Source of the DNA: Mobula hypostoma
Taxonomy: Eukaryota
NCBI RefSeq assembly: GCF_963921235.1
Contig: NC_086097.1
Span: 231,262,001-231,326,000 of the forward strand
Length of the DNA stretch: 64,000 bases
Direction: 5' to 3'
Shown here: positions 47,742 to 61,179 of the stretch, piece by piece
Layout of the letters: each line of letters begins with the position of its first letter
Numbering within the stretch: the first letter of the stretch is position 1
Translations under genes and position numbers: made by a program
Notes under the pieces: generated by a model
The model's database searches: none
What the model was told of the DNA's origin: nothing
What the model saw: only the letters and a program-made list of their open reading frames with translations

Positions 47742-48744
47742 TATTCTGTGCTGCACGTTTATTATGGTAACTGGTCACATGAGTGGGGGCGTGGTAAAAG
47801 CAAAGGGAATAAATTACATATTCTTGCTTATTTCGTGGCAGTTTGTAGCTTGGGACCGGAGGAGGTTGTATCTTTTGCTGACTGTTGAGATAACACACAA
47901 TAACACTTAATTGTATGTTTGCTAATTGTTAATAAGGGATCGAATATAGGGTTCGACTTTTGGGGCAATCATTGGAGATGTGAGCATGCCACTCAAGTAT
48001 AACAGTCTGTACAGTCGCAGGCAAGCAGTAATTGTTTTGTTTTGCTTGTGGATCAGTTTGGCTGCTACACTAACCTTTTCTCATATGCTATCTTTTCCTT
48101 TCTTTTCAACTCTCCTCTGATTGTTTTCCACTCATCCTTACTCTGACTGGTACATAAAACACTCTGAGTGGTCGATCCGTTAACTTAATAGATTGTTTAT
48201 AAATAAGTCATGAATTGATCAGTTGGAGAATTTCAAAGCAAATATTTATTTTGTGAACTCTGGGGTGGAAAATTTATATAGCTAATGATGTGGTGGCTCA
48301 TTAATAAGTCCTTTACAACTGTGACAGAAAACCTTATGTGAATAACTTTGTATGAAGATATTAGAATCGGAGTGTTTTGGCAGCTGAGAATCAGACGGAG
48401 AATGGGGTGGATAAGAAACACTTTGGTGTGTGAATATTTTTTAGAAGTTAAAAAGGTTGAGGGATGTTGTTGTGTGGAAGCCGTGAATGAGAAACTACAC
48501 TGGCATGTCATCTTTCTCTGCCCATTGCACGCTAATTGCATCATGATCTACTTGCTGTGCTTGTTTCCTTTGTTGCATATGGCCAAGCAATCTCAGAAAT
48601 GTAGCATCCAAGATGGTTTTTATCCGATTAATGTATTTCCTCATCTTCAAGCATCATTGATCAATGCCACCTCCATCTCCCAAAAGTAAATTAATTCCCT
48701 AAAATCAATCAGATCAAACTCATCGGATTGCAATGTGAATTTCT

Positions 48745-49482
48745 GGTAAGATGGCAGTGTAATCGGTCACAGCGGCTCCGACAGGGTCAACGAAGGGTGC
48801 TACTGTCGTATTTAAATGTATTTTTAATTATCGCAGGAACTTAAAGTACTGCAGGTTTATTCCATCAGCGATTTGTTCACTGGCGAAAAAAGTGAAGGAG
48901 GTGCACAGTGTACTGCTGCCCACATTGTAGGAGGCATATAGTCTACTAGCGAGCAACCATCCTGGTCGTTTTTCTTGTGATCGCATTGGACATTGGTAAT
49001 GTGGAATGCTGCAAATTCAACTCACTGATTTATTGATGGGGAGTGGGGCAGATGGTGAGGGAGCTGCATGGCCTTCCTCGTAGCAAGGACTATGCTTTTT
49101 TTGTGTGGTTATATTTTACTGATATTCTGCATGTGCTTGCTATCTTGTATGTGCAAGGACTAGACCTCGGGCTGCGGTATCGCCCACTTAACAGCCGCCA
49201 GGAGACAGGTGTCGGAGCTGGTGCACTCCAGTTGGTGCTGCCCCCCAGTGTTCAGTCAGCAGAAGACAAGATCTGATGTGGTCACCTGCAGATTTCGACA
49301 GTGTTGTGTGGCTTGAGTTTGGAGTCTTTTTATTGAGTGGCTGTATCTTTCTATCTTGTAAGTGCTAAGTGTGATGGTTGGTACTGTCTTTTACACCTTG
49401 GCCCTGGAGTAGCACTGTCTTATTTGGTGGATCCATGAGTATTCATCAATTGTTCAATTTACAATTAAACTTGAGTTGAATA
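48745..49482 (+). mobile_element. Old unclassified non-autonomous (SINE-like) element
   Basis: Starts AAGATGGC and ends CACCTTGGCCCTGGAG...ACAATTAAACTTGAGTTGAA, resembling LINE-type 3' ends. Confidence 0.4.
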
Positions 49483-50559
49483 GAACATGCTGCTATTTTG
49501 TATTTTAATAATGTAATTTTCTTTGAAAACTGATTTTGGCTGTTGGCCAGAAAGAACTACAGTCTACAAATCAGTGAATTCAAATGAATCAAAGACAATG
49601 GAAGCAGACAGGCCAATTGTCTTTGTTCTTGCCACGAGGTCAAAGAAGATGGAGGATGTAGTGAAACCACTCTGTGTCCTCTATTTTGTGAACTAAAGTT
49701 GCCTGGCTTGATCAATGTTTCAAAGCAGACACAATAATGCTCCAGGTAATATGCTGGACTAGAGATAATTTCCAAATAAGAAGTTATTTGTGAGGTGTTC
49801 TTTGATATAAATAATACAAGTTGCAGGTTTATGAATATTGAGGTCTGTGCCTGCCCTGGGTGATTTGAGGTGGTTACTGAAGATAACAAAGAGATATAAA
49901 TTACCAGTTGTCACTTGCAGAAAGAAGGGCAATAAATGGATGCTGGCTTGGACCAGGGCCAATAAAGTGGTGTTAAAATTCAGTCAGGTGACCTGTAGCC
50001 AATAACGACGAAATGCAACATTTGAATTGGCAAGAAATGAATATAAAAGCCAACACTTTGGGTGTGCTGGCAGCTATGACTCTCCAGAGTCCCACCACCG
50101 TGGATGTGAAGTGCCCCACGGTCACACGTTACGTGGAGATTCGGAACGGGACTACAAGGAACCCATGGCCATTGTAGACTTCGTTTTACTGGTATTACCT
50201 TTTCTATTCTTTGACTGTCCAAGGAGAGTTTGGAAAACTTAGTAGGTGTGCACACAGGTACTTGGTTGTATAAATTCACATGTTCCTCTACTGGGACAAT
50301 GAAGGTACTTGTTGGTAATTACAGATGCTCCCTGTGCCTCCCTGGTCATTATCACTAAAGGGTAGATCCTTGTAACATAGGCTATTATGGTTGGATTTGC
50401 CAGTGCAAAGTGAGTTGGCCTCCAATTCCACTTTAGAAAGAATGATTCCTTATTGTGCCCAAAGTTCTGTATCCTGGACTCCTTCATTGATGCATGTTTC
50501 AAGAGGCAGTCTCACACTTATGCTCCAATTTTAAAACTTAGAGCCTTTAATCCATTTAC

Positions 50560-51408
50560 TTATATCAGCATACAGGAGGGAGACTCAAAATTTGGCTGAG
50601 GGGTGTCATAACAACAACCTCTCACTCAGTGTCAGCAAGATCTAGGAGCTAATTGTAGACCTCAAGAGAGGGCAACAAGAGGTCCATGAGCCAGTCTTCA
50701 TCGGTGGATCAGAGGTGGAGAGGGTCAGCAACTTTAAATGCTTGGGTACCACTATCTCAGAGGATCTGTCCTGGACCCATCATATAAATGTAATTGCAAA
50801 GAAAGCACAACAGCACCTCCTCTTCCTTAGAAGGCATGACATCAAAGACTTTGACAAACTTCTATTGATGTGTAGTGGAAAGTGTATTATGGCCTGGTAT
50901 GGGAACACCCAGTATATAATTCGGCCCAGTATATAATGGGTAGAGCCCTCCCAACCATTAAGCACCTCTACATGAAACGTTGCCGTAGAAGGGCAGCATC
51001 CATCATCAAAGATTCTCACCACCCAGGCCATACACTCATCTCACTGCTGCCATCAGGCAAAAGGTACAAGTGCCTCAGGACTTGTACCACCAGGTTCAAA
51101 AGCAATTACAACCCCTCAACCATCCGGCTCTTGAACAATAAAGGATAATTAAACTCATCCACTGAGATGTTCCCACAACCAATGATCCCACTTTAATGGC
51201 TCATTAGTTCATGCTCTCGTTATTTATCACTTTTTTATAGTTGCATTTCAACCGTTTGTCATCTTCTAGGCTCTTGCTCTTTCATTGATCCTGTTTGCAG
51301 TTACGATTCTATAGATTTGATGAGTTTGCCCTCATGAAAAGGAAATGCAGGGTTGTATGTGGTGACATGTATATACTCTGATAATAAATCTTACTGTAAA
51401 CTTTGAAC
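50560..51408 (+). mobile_element. Rex1/Babar 3' fragment
   Basis: VERVSNFKCLGTTISEDLSW and LLPSGKRYKCLRT motifs plus the 3' UTR. Confidence 0.88.
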
Positions 51409-51433
51409 TATATTTTCAAAAAATGAAGAAATG

Positions 51434-53028
51434 CAGTGCCGAGAAAAAATATTCATCCCTGTTGGAAGTTTTAATGTTTTATTGTTTTATAACATGGAAT
51501 CACAGTGGATTTAATTTGGCCTTTTTGACAGTGATCAACAAAAGAAGACTTCTTTTTGTGTCAAAGTGAAAACTTTGACAAAGTGATCTAAATTAATTAC
51601 AAATATAAAAAACAAAAGAATTGATTGCATAAGTATTCAACCCCATCAGTATGACATACCAAGTCATCACTGGTTCAGCCAATTGGTTTTAGAAGTCACA
51701 TAATTAATTAAGTGGACATCTGTTTTTTGGAGACCTGTGTGCAGTCAAGGTGTTTCAATCGATTATAGTAAAGATACTCCTGGTTCTGGAATGGCCAGCT
51801 GCTGATGAGTCAGTAGCCTGACAAATAATACACTGTCAAGACAAAGAAACACTCCAAGCAACTCTGTGAAAAGTTTGTTGAAAAGCACAAGTCAGGAGAT
51901 GGGTACAAGAAAGTTTCCAAGTTATTGAATATCCCTTAGAGTACAGTTAAGTCAATCATCAAGAAATGGAAATAACATGGCACAGCTGTAAGCCTGCCTA
52001 GAGCAGGCCATCCTCTAAAACTGAGTGAGCATGCAAGAAGGGGTCTAGTGAGGGCAGTCATCAAGAGACCTATGACAACTCTAGAGGAGTTACAAGCTTC
52101 AATGGCTGAGATGGGAGAGACTGTGTATACAACAACTGTTGCCCAGCTGCTTATGGGAGAGTAGCAAAGAGAAAGCCACTGTTGAAAAGAACTCAGATGA
52201 AATCTCAGTTATAGTTTGCCAAAAGGCATGTGGGAAACTCTAAAGTTAGCTGAAAGAAGGTTCTATGGCCTGATGAGACTAAAGTTGAGCTCTTTGACCA
52301 TCAGACTGAACACTATGGTTGGCGTAAGCCAAACACCACACATCTTCAAAAACACACCATCCCTACCGTGAAGCATGGTGGTGGCTGCATCATGCTGTGG
52401 GGATGCTTCACTGCAGCAGGCCTTGGAAGGCTTGTGAAGGTAGGGGGTAAAATGAATGCAGCAAAATATGGGGAAATCCTGGAGGAAGAGAACTGCGACT
52501 TGGGAGATTTGTTTTCCAGAAGACAGTGACCCGAAGCATAAGGCCAAAGCTACACAGCAATGGCTTAAAAAAAAACAAGGCCAATGTCCTGGAGTGGCCA
52601 AGTCAGAGTCCAGACCTCAATCCAATTGAGAATATGTGGCTGGACTTGAAAAGGGCTGTTCACTCATGATCCCCATGCAATCTCATAGAGCTTGAGCAGT
52701 TTTGTAAAGTAGAGTGGGGAAAAATTGCAGTGTCCAGATGTGCAAAGCTAATAGAGACCTATCCACACAGACTCAAGGCCGTAGTTGCTGCCAAAGGAGT
52801 ATCTACTAAATACTGACTTAGTGGATGTGAATACTTAATGTAATCAATTATTTTGTTTTTATCTTTGTAATTAATTTAGATCACTTTGTAGAGATCTGTG
52901 TTCACTTGGACACCAAAGAATCTTTTTCAGTGTCAAAAAAGCCAAATTAAATCCATCGTGATTCAATTTTGTAAAACAATAAAACGTGAAAACTTCCGAG
53001 GGGGGGTGAATACTTTTTATAGGCACTG
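51434..53028 (+). mobile_element. Tc1-family DNA transposon, about 1.6 kb, inactive transposase
   Basis: Ends are CAGTGCC...GGCACTG with long TIRs of about 200 bp. The decayed transposase reads GYKKVSKLLNIP, VLWPDETKVEL, VKHGGGCIMLWGCF, FPEDSDPKHKA, WPSQSPDLNPIENMW. Confidence 0.95.
51834..52815 (+). pseudogene. Tc1 transposase (DD34E type) with stops and deletions
   Basis: Paired-like HTH N-terminus and DDE motifs; ends ...GVSTKY*. Confidence 0.9.
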
Positions 53029-53901
53029 CATATAATGCGGGCAAAAATGGATTTTAGGTCTCCCTTTGCGAGTGAGTTACTCTGTTATGACAAGAAACTA
53101 GTTGACTCACGTGGAGCTCACAACTGAGCTAGAAGACTGTAATTCAAGCCTCTCTCAAGGGCATCAGCACAAAGTGTCTTGTGTCTGGGTGATGGAAAAG
53201 ATCCCACCTCTGTATCAGAAGGCAAAGTTCTGCCAGGAACTTGAACAACATGAAAAATACTTTCCATTGCCTGATTCCCGTTTTTGCCAGCATTTCAGAA
53301 CGTAATTAATTAGTAATTTCAATCATCAGCAGATCCTTCTAATTTCATTCAGTCTGTGAGGCTGATGTGAGAGCATCCTTCAAAAGGCTGAGCCCACAGA
53401 AAGCATCCGATCCAGGCAGGGTACCTGGCCAAGTGCTAAAGATAGGTGCTGATCAACTGTCCACTAACATCATTAACCTCTTTCTTCGGCAGTCTGAGGT
53501 ACCCACCTGCTTCAAGCAGGCTTCAATTATACTGGTGTACAGGAAGACTGTCTCAATAACTATAGTCCAATTGCACTTACTGCACATCCTCAGCGATAAA
53601 GTGCTTTGATAGCTTGATGATGAAATATATCAACTCCTGCCTGAGCTGAGTTCCTCCAGCATTTTGTGTGCCCTGCTTGAAGAGTGACTTAATTCCACTC
53701 CCATTTGCCTACCCTCACAAGTGGTCAACAGCAGATGTCATTTGTTCCAGGGCTGTTCACTCAACCCTGGAACATCTGGACAGTGAAGATGCATACAGCA
53801 GGACGCCCCTCGTTAACTACAGCTCGGCATTCAATACTATCATTGCCTCAAAACTAATCACTAAGCTCCAAGGCCTAAGCCTCAATACCTCTTTGTGCAA
53901 C

Positions 53902-56431
53902 CGGCCATATTATTTGCCAAGGGAAATCTCACATGCAGTTGTGGTTGTTGTGTACATCCCTCCCTCTGTCACCCTGACGTTGGCGTGTAACATCCTTTAC
54001 ACCGTCATAGCCAGATTACAAACCCAGCACCCGAGTGCCCTCATTACCATCTCGGGTGACTTCAACCATGTTACCATGGCTAGAACACTGCCCAACTTCA
54101 CGCAGTATGTGAGCTGTACAACCAGAGGGGAGAGGACTCTGGATTTGATGTACGCTAACGTTAAGGATGCATACAGCTCCTCTCCCCTCCCCCCACTGGA
54201 AAGGTCAGATCACAACCTGGTGCATCTAAAACCCTGCTACGTGCCTCTGGTGAAGAGTAAACCTGCAACCTCGAGCGCAGTGAGAAAATGGTCGGAGGAG
54301 GCTTATGAGGCGCTCCAGGGTTGTTTTGAGGTAACAGACTGGCAGGTATTCTGTGAGCCACATGGAGAGGATATTGATGGGCTCACAGAGTGCATCACTG
54401 ATTACATCAACTTCTGTGTGGACTGCAATGTTCCGACAAGAACTGACCTTCGTTATTCAAATAACAAGCCATGGGTGACAAAGGACATTAAGGACATGCT
54501 GAACACTAAAAAGAGGGCGTTTAGAGATGGAAATAGGGAGGAGCTGAGGGCAATACAGAGGGACCTGAAAGCCAGGATCAGGGAGGCTAAAGACAGGTAC
54601 AGGAGGAAGCTTGAGTGGAAACTCCAGCAGAACAACATGAGAGAGGTCTGGAGGGGGATGAAGACCATCATTGGGTTCCGGCAAACTAGCAACAGAGGAG
54701 CTGAAGGCAGGACAGGGCCAACGAACTTAACCTGTTCTTTAACAGATCTGACATTGTGGCCCCTGCCCATCCCCCACTTGAGCCATCTGTTGTCGGCCCC
54801 CAACCAACACATATTCCACTCTCCCCTCCTACCCCTCCTCACTGTCCCCCACCCTGCTCTCATGACTTTTCCCCTTCCCCAAACGAAACCACCACAGTGG
54901 GCTTCACGGCTGAACAGGTGAGAAGACAGCTGAAACGTCTCAACCCAAGCAAGGCTGTAGGACCGGATGGTGCCAGTACCAGGGTGCTCAAAGCCTGTGC
55001 CCCTCAGCTATGTGGAGTACTTCGCCATGTATTCAACCTGAGCCTGAGGCTCCGGAGGGTTCCTGTACTGTGGAAGACGCCGCGCCCCAGCGGCCTCAAT
55101 GACTACATACCGGTGGCATTGACCTCCCACTTCATGAAGACCCTGGAGAGACTTGTTCTGGAGCTGCTCTGGCCTATGGTTAGGCCACACTTAGATCCCC
55201 TCCAGTTCGCCTACCAGCCCCGACTAGGAGTTGAGGATGGCATCCTCTACCTGCTGAACTGTGTTTACGCCCACCTGGACAAGCCAGCGAGCACTGTTTT
55301 TTGACTTCTCCAGTGCGTTCAGCACCATCCGCCCCGCTCTGCTGGGGGAGAAGCTGACTGCGATGCAGGTGGATGCTTCCCTGGTGTCATGGATTCTTGA
55401 TTACCTGACTGGCAGACCACAGTACGTGTGCTTGCAACACTGTGTGTCTGACAGAGTGATCAGCAGCATTGGGGCTCCACAGGGGACTGTCTTGTCTCCA
55501 TTTCTCTTCACCATTTACACCTCAAACTTCAACTACTGCACAGAGTCTTGTCATCTTCAGAAGTTTTCGGATGACTCTGCCATAGTTGGATGCATCAGCA
55601 AGGGAGATGAGGCTAGGTACAGGGCTATGGTAGGAAACTTTGTCACATGGTGTGAGCAGAATTATCTGCAGCTTAGTGTGAAAAAGACTAAGGAGCTGAT
55701 GATAGACCTGAGGAGAGCTAAGGTACGGGTGACCCCTGTTTCCATCCAGGGGGTCAGTGTGGACATGGTGGAGGATTACAAATACCTGGGGATACGAATT
55801 GACAATAAACTGGACTGGTCAAAGAACACTGAGGCTGTCTACAAGAAAGGTCAGAGCCGTCTTTATTTCCTGAGGAGACTGAGGTCCTTTAACCTCTGCC
55901 GGACGAGGCTGAGGATGTTCTACGAGTCTGTGGTGGCCAGTGCTACCATGTTTGCTGTTGTGTGCTGGGGCAGCAGGATGAAGGTAGCAGACACCAACAG
56001 AATCAACAAACTCATTTGTAAGGCCAGTGATGTTGTGGGGATGGAACTGGGCTCTCTCATGGTGGTATCTGAAAAGAGGATGCTGTCTAAGTTGCATGCC
56101 ATCTTGGTCAATGTCTCCCATCCACTACATAATGTACTGGGTGGGCACAGGAGTACATTCAGCCAGAGACTCATTCCACCGAGATGCAGCACTGAGCATC
56201 ATAGGAAGTCATTCCTGCCTGTGGCCATCAAACTTTACAACTCCTCCCTTGGAGGGTCAGACACCCTGAGCCAATAGGCTGGTCCTGGACTTACTTCATA
56301 ATTTACTGGCATAATTTACATATTACTATTTAACTATTTATGGTTCTATTACTATTTTTTATTTATGGTGCAACTGTAACGAAAACCAATTTCCCCCGGG
56401 ATCAGTAAAGTATGATTATGACTATGACTAT
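53902..56431 (+). mobile_element. Younger Rex1/Babar LINE (endonuclease C-terminus, RT, 3' UTR), few frameshifts
   Basis: [42 protein letters not shown] and KFSDD motifs; (TATGAC)n tail. Confidence 0.95.
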
Positions 56432-57429
56432 GAACTGGATCCTCCATTTCCTCACTTTCAGACCCCAGACAGTTCAGATTGGCAACAACATCTCCCCCAC
56501 AATCTCCGTCAGCACTGGTGCACCACAAGACTGTGTGCCTAGCCCTCTGTTCTACTTGCTTTACACTCATGACTGTGAGGCTAAGCACAGCTCCAATGGC
56601 ATATTTAGGTTTCCTGGCAGCAACACTGTCATTGTCTGAATAAAAGGTGGCGATGAATCAGCATATAGGAGGGAGATTGAAAATCTAGCTGAGTGGTGGC
56701 GCAAGACAACCTCTCATTCAACGTCAGCAAGACCAAAGAGCTGATTATTGACTACAGGAGGAGGAAACTGGATTATCCAGTCCTCACTGGGGGGATCAGA
56801 GGTGTAAATTCCTTGATGTTATTTCAGAAAATCTGTTCTGGGTCCATCACATTAGTGCAATTACAAAGGAAGCACGGCAGTGCCTCTGCTTTCTTAGAAG
56901 TTTGCGAAGATTCGGCATGACATCTGAAACTTTGACAAATTTCTATTGGTGTGTGATGGAGAGTATATTGACTGGTTATAACACAGCCTGGTGTGGAAAC
57001 ACCACCAATGCCCTTGAATGGAAAAACCCTCAAAAAGTAGTGGATACAGTCCAGTCCTTCAAGGGTAAAGCTCTCCCCACCATTGAGCACATCTACATGG
57101 AGCAGTGTTGCGGAGAAGCAGAGTCCACCTTCAAGGTCCCCCGCCATCCAGGCCATGCTCTTTTCTTGCTACTGCCATCATATAGGAGGTACAGGAGCCT
57201 CAGGACCTAAACCACCAGGTTCAGGAACAGTTATTATCCTTCTTGAACCAGTAGGGATAACTTCACTTACCCCATCACTGAACTGTTTGCAGAACCTATG
57301 GACTCACTTTCAATGATTCTTCATCTCATTGTGGGTTTTTTTTTGGTTCTTTGTATTTACCATGAATACCCAGAAGAAAATGAATCTCAGGGTTGTATAT
57401 AGTGACATATATGTACTTTGATAATAAAT

Positions 57430-57918
57430 ATCAGGTCAGGTCACTCGTCTGAGTGCTACTGGTATCATGTAACCCAGTACTACCTGTCGCATGGTCGGGT
57501 GGTCGGCGACTAAACCGGCTCCCCCACCAGGCTTGCCTGGGGAGGATGGTGGCTAGACACCCTGCAGAACAAAAAACAAGATCTGTCGAAGGGCGGATGA
57601 ACCCTCTCGTAGGGTTATCGGCCATCTAGCAAACACATGCCGTGAAGCGCGAGAAGGGCATCCCTTGCATCGAAACTTGGTCTGGCCATTCACAGCAACA
57701 GAACTTCCCCCAGCCGACTTGGATCCCACCATGCCGCTGGATACGGGAGGGGATGTCGAGAGGGTGGGTCTGGACCTGTGCAACCCCCTACTCACCTAAA
57801 ATCCATTCACACACACGCTGTTCCTTTCTGAGGAGCGGGTATCCTATCAAACCCCACTAACTGACTGAAAGGAGCCATCATCATCGTATGGGATAGATAG
57901 CCAGAGAGAGAGAGAGAG
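57430..57918 (+). mobile_element. Unclassified GC-rich non-autonomous retroelement with 12-bp TSD and (GA)n tail
   Basis: TSD TTGATAATAAAT at 57418-57429 and 57919-57930. The body resembles an RTE-type 5' UTR (inference). Confidence 0.8.
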
Positions 57919-58519
57919 TTGATAATAAATTTACTTTGAACTTTGACTCTGAAATTATGTGACTAACAGCTCGCAATGGTGTTACAACATTTAGTGCAAA
58001 CATTTAAGAGGGTTTCATGTGTGTGGAAGAAATACAATTAAGAAATGCTGTTCTTTCATTAGTGAAATACCTTTTATGTTCATTTGAACTACCAACTACC
58101 ATCACCGAGAAAGATATTGAGACATGCCATCAGAAGTCTGACAAAACTGTGACATTTAGATGCCCTGAGTGCTTTGTGTGGTCTGTCCCAGTTGAAGCAA
58201 CACGGATGAGCAACGAGAGACAAGAAGCTATGCAATTTGATTGATGCGGAACTTGATAGAACAAATAAAAGAGAAGAACAAAAACAAAGATAGAATTGTA
58301 TCTCACAGATTACCCAGGGAGAGAACTGTATCAAAACATAAAGCTTCAAATGAGATCCTGGAGAATAAATTAGATGTATTACAAGCACATTGCAACCAGT
58401 CGGGAAATGAAACGGTAATTAGTTCTTACCTCTTTACCAGAAACAGGGAGAATACTTTGGAAGTTTCTTAGCAGAGGTAAAATTTTTAATATATGCTGCA
58501 TATTTGAAAGGCTCACTCA

Positions 58520-58742
58520 TAAGAGATCACATGCTTATTTTTTGGCTGGTGGGGGAGGGAGATCGTTGCTTTGCAGCTGCTTACGTGTTGCGGGGGAGCT
58601 GGGGGGGCTTTGAGGTTCTAAAATTTAACTCTCATTCATTCTCTGGGGCACTCCTCTGTTTTCGTGGATGGTTGCGAAGAAAAAGAATTTTAGGATGCAT
58701 ATTGTATACATTTCTCTGACATTAAATGTACATTTGAACCCT
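58520..58742 (+). mobile_element. 3' fragment of the same family as 14920-15710
   Basis: Directly similar to about 15500-15710. Confidence 0.8.
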
Positions 58743-58939
58743 TTCAAATGATTTGTGGAATCCTTGAATCCAGTCTGAGGAAATACAAGACAGTTTACTC
58801 TGGAGATGTGCATGCAGACTTGTAATGCTGCAGAAGTCATTTCTATAAACAGTGCATAATAAAGCTTCTGCTCGTTATGCCGCTGGTGTTTAGGTGTAGA
58901 CTCAGGAATACTGCTGTACTCAGATGGAGAAGGATTCTT

Positions 58940-59165
58940 CATTAATGTTTCTGTAACAATTTTGCTTCACCAGTCAGGGTTGTTAGCCCTGAGCTGAACC
59001 TCAGAACTGGATGACTGGTGGGCCACTCTTAGTCTAGCCCCTACCCTTTGACCTGTTTGGCATGGGTGACCCTATCAAAAGCTAAAGCTCTATCCAACAT
59101 AGCTCTCTGGAATTTTAAGGCACAGGAGCTTCCAAACCACGAGAAGGTTGTGGTACTCTTGGAGG
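58940..59165 (-). mobile_element. Probable RTE-5'-UTR-like or SINE fragment
   Basis: GTTGTTAGCCC...CCCTTTGACCTGTTTGGCATGGGTGACCCTA pattern, recognised from memory only. Confidence 0.35.
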
Positions 59166-61179
59166 ACATAACGAAGAAGCCAATGAAACTCCTCTATCAG
59201 TGAAATGAGCCATTCAGGGATTCTATTCAGAGAAAAAGTTGAACAAAATACATCTCATGCCAAACAAGGACAATTTTGCAACAGGAACACCCAGTGCATG
59301 TATTTAAACCAAAATGTTTGTGCAAGGACAACCAGTAACATTTCAGTTTGGCTTGGGAGCAATTTGTAGAGTCTTCCTAAAGGAAACCAATAAAGTGGAG
59401 CAATGCTTTGGAATACAACTAGCCTTCACTGAAGCGAGCTGAGAAGTGTTCTATCAAGATGAAGAAGTCATAGAACCAAGCTGTTGGGTTTATTGTAGCA
59501 TGCCAGAAACATATTATCCTTTTGCTTGGAAGAAATGCAGAACAATAGATGGGATTGATAAATACCTGCCATGAAAAAAGCATAAGACTTAATCTTAATC
59601 CATTACCATCAATCATTTCAACAGTGAGATTCACAGATGAATACAGATATTCCTCCATATGGAAACAGTCTTTGCAATAATCATTATTAGTTTCAATTTC
59701 AAAACTCTTGACTGCATTCCAGCTCAAGATTTACATCAAAAGAAAACTAATCACTTAAAAATACAAGACAAGCATCTGAAGTATTAAAATAACATTTTTG
59801 AATTAAGTCTCAAATTAAAATAATAATAACCAATTGAAACATCCAAGAACCTAGTGGTTCTGAATGTTGGATTGAGCTGTAGTGTAGTTATTTTTCTTGT
59901 AGTTTAACCTTCTTATGCCTCTTATGTGACAAGTTTCATAATTTGAATCTGGCTAATGTTACTGGTTAATGTTATCAAAGGGATTTCAATGGAATTTAGT
60001 GTTATCAGTGGTCCGGTATAAGAAGACCACACCACCTTCATCTTGTCCCTTTCCCTTTACTCTTTTCCTTTGGTTCTCTTCCCTGCCATTTCCTGATTCT
60101 CTTTCTTTGTCTCTTGCCATGTTCTTCTCCTTTCTTCTTCTTTGCTCTTGTAAAGATTGTAAGCGACAAGTTCAATGCCTCATTCAGCATCAGGCTTCGA
60201 CATGACAAAGCATCACTGGCCTGAACTGTTGACTCTGTTTCTTTCTTTACGTATGCACTTTGATTGCCATTGTACTTTGAACAAGTCTGTTTTGTTAAGG
60301 ACCTGAGGGACTTTGGCATGGTGCATGTGGAAAGGATATGGAGAAATCTGGAACGGAGGTGTATCACCTCAAGTCAAGAGCTCACTTACCTTTTAAAGGC
60401 AGAGATAGATTGTTCCCACATTCCACCCCACCTCCTCACAGGGTCATGAGTCCTTGGAATTCTACTCAAAGATGAAGAGCCTATTTGAGGCAGATACGTG
60501 ATATGGTTGGACAACACCACGGAGGTTGTCCTAGAGCAGGGGTTCCAAACCCTTTTCATGCCATGAACCAATACCATCAATCAAGGGGTCCATGGACCCC
60601 TGTCACAGAGAGATAAACGATCTGTGTTGCTCAGCAAAGAGACTCAGAGCTTCAGGCACATGAAGAGATTGGCTGCAGAATCGAGTGATCTACTAACACA
60701 CAAAGCAAGTGCTGCCAGTTCACATCAACAGCCGATATCCACCATACTGGACAGGGCACAGCTCTGAGCTCCACACTTCCGCACTGAGCTGCGACACTGC
60801 TTGACCCTGCTTACCCCAATGCTAGCTCCAAAAGGCAGCTTCTCTGTCCTGAGCTATTGTGTGAGTCATTGCTGGAGGAAAACCCGTGGAGGACAAGGAT
60901 TTGCACTAGGTTCTGGAGCAGTAGCATGCAGTAGTGGGAATTCACATCAAGTTCCAGGGACAGCGATAGTGTCAGTAAAATCTATCTATTTATCTCTCTC
61001 TCACTTGCAGGGCAGAACTTTTCACTCAACACCATCATCATTGAACAACTACCAAGATTAGCGAGGTAGGCAACACTAATAATGTGCTGGTAACTAACTA
61101 CTCATGTAACATAGTACGATCATTCAAGTTGTGTATCATGTTCTCTGAAGGGGATGCCTGTGTGTGACACACAATAGCT

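Larger units (their letters stand above)
53360..57945 (+). mobile_element. Old Rex1/Babar copy (53360-53901, 56432-57429, 57919-57945) hosting two main insertions
   Basis: ...LNTSLCN | [11 protein letters not shown] is split exactly by the younger copy. Confidence 0.85.

Noticed and set aside
49980..50280. Slightly CpG-rich unique stretch with ORFs on both strands
   Set aside because: No convincing acceptor/donor pair in an open frame and no recognisable protein.
53668..54921. 417-aa ORF with an RT fragment placed before an endonuclease (apparently novel domain order)
   Set aside because: It is a chance in-frame fusion at about 53902, where a younger Rex1 inserted into an older one.
58309..58414. 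Possible plus-strand exon (LPRERTVSKHK...GNET|gtaatt)
   Set aside because: Poor polypyrimidine tract, and it cannot be linked to other exons.
60038..60367. Lys/Arg-rich minus-strand ORF
   Set aside because: Explained by a low-complexity pyrimidine tract; no splice or homology support.
60537..60600. hAT-like MITE start CAGGGGTTCC
   Set aside because: No matching second terminus or 8-bp TSD found, so too fragmentary to call.
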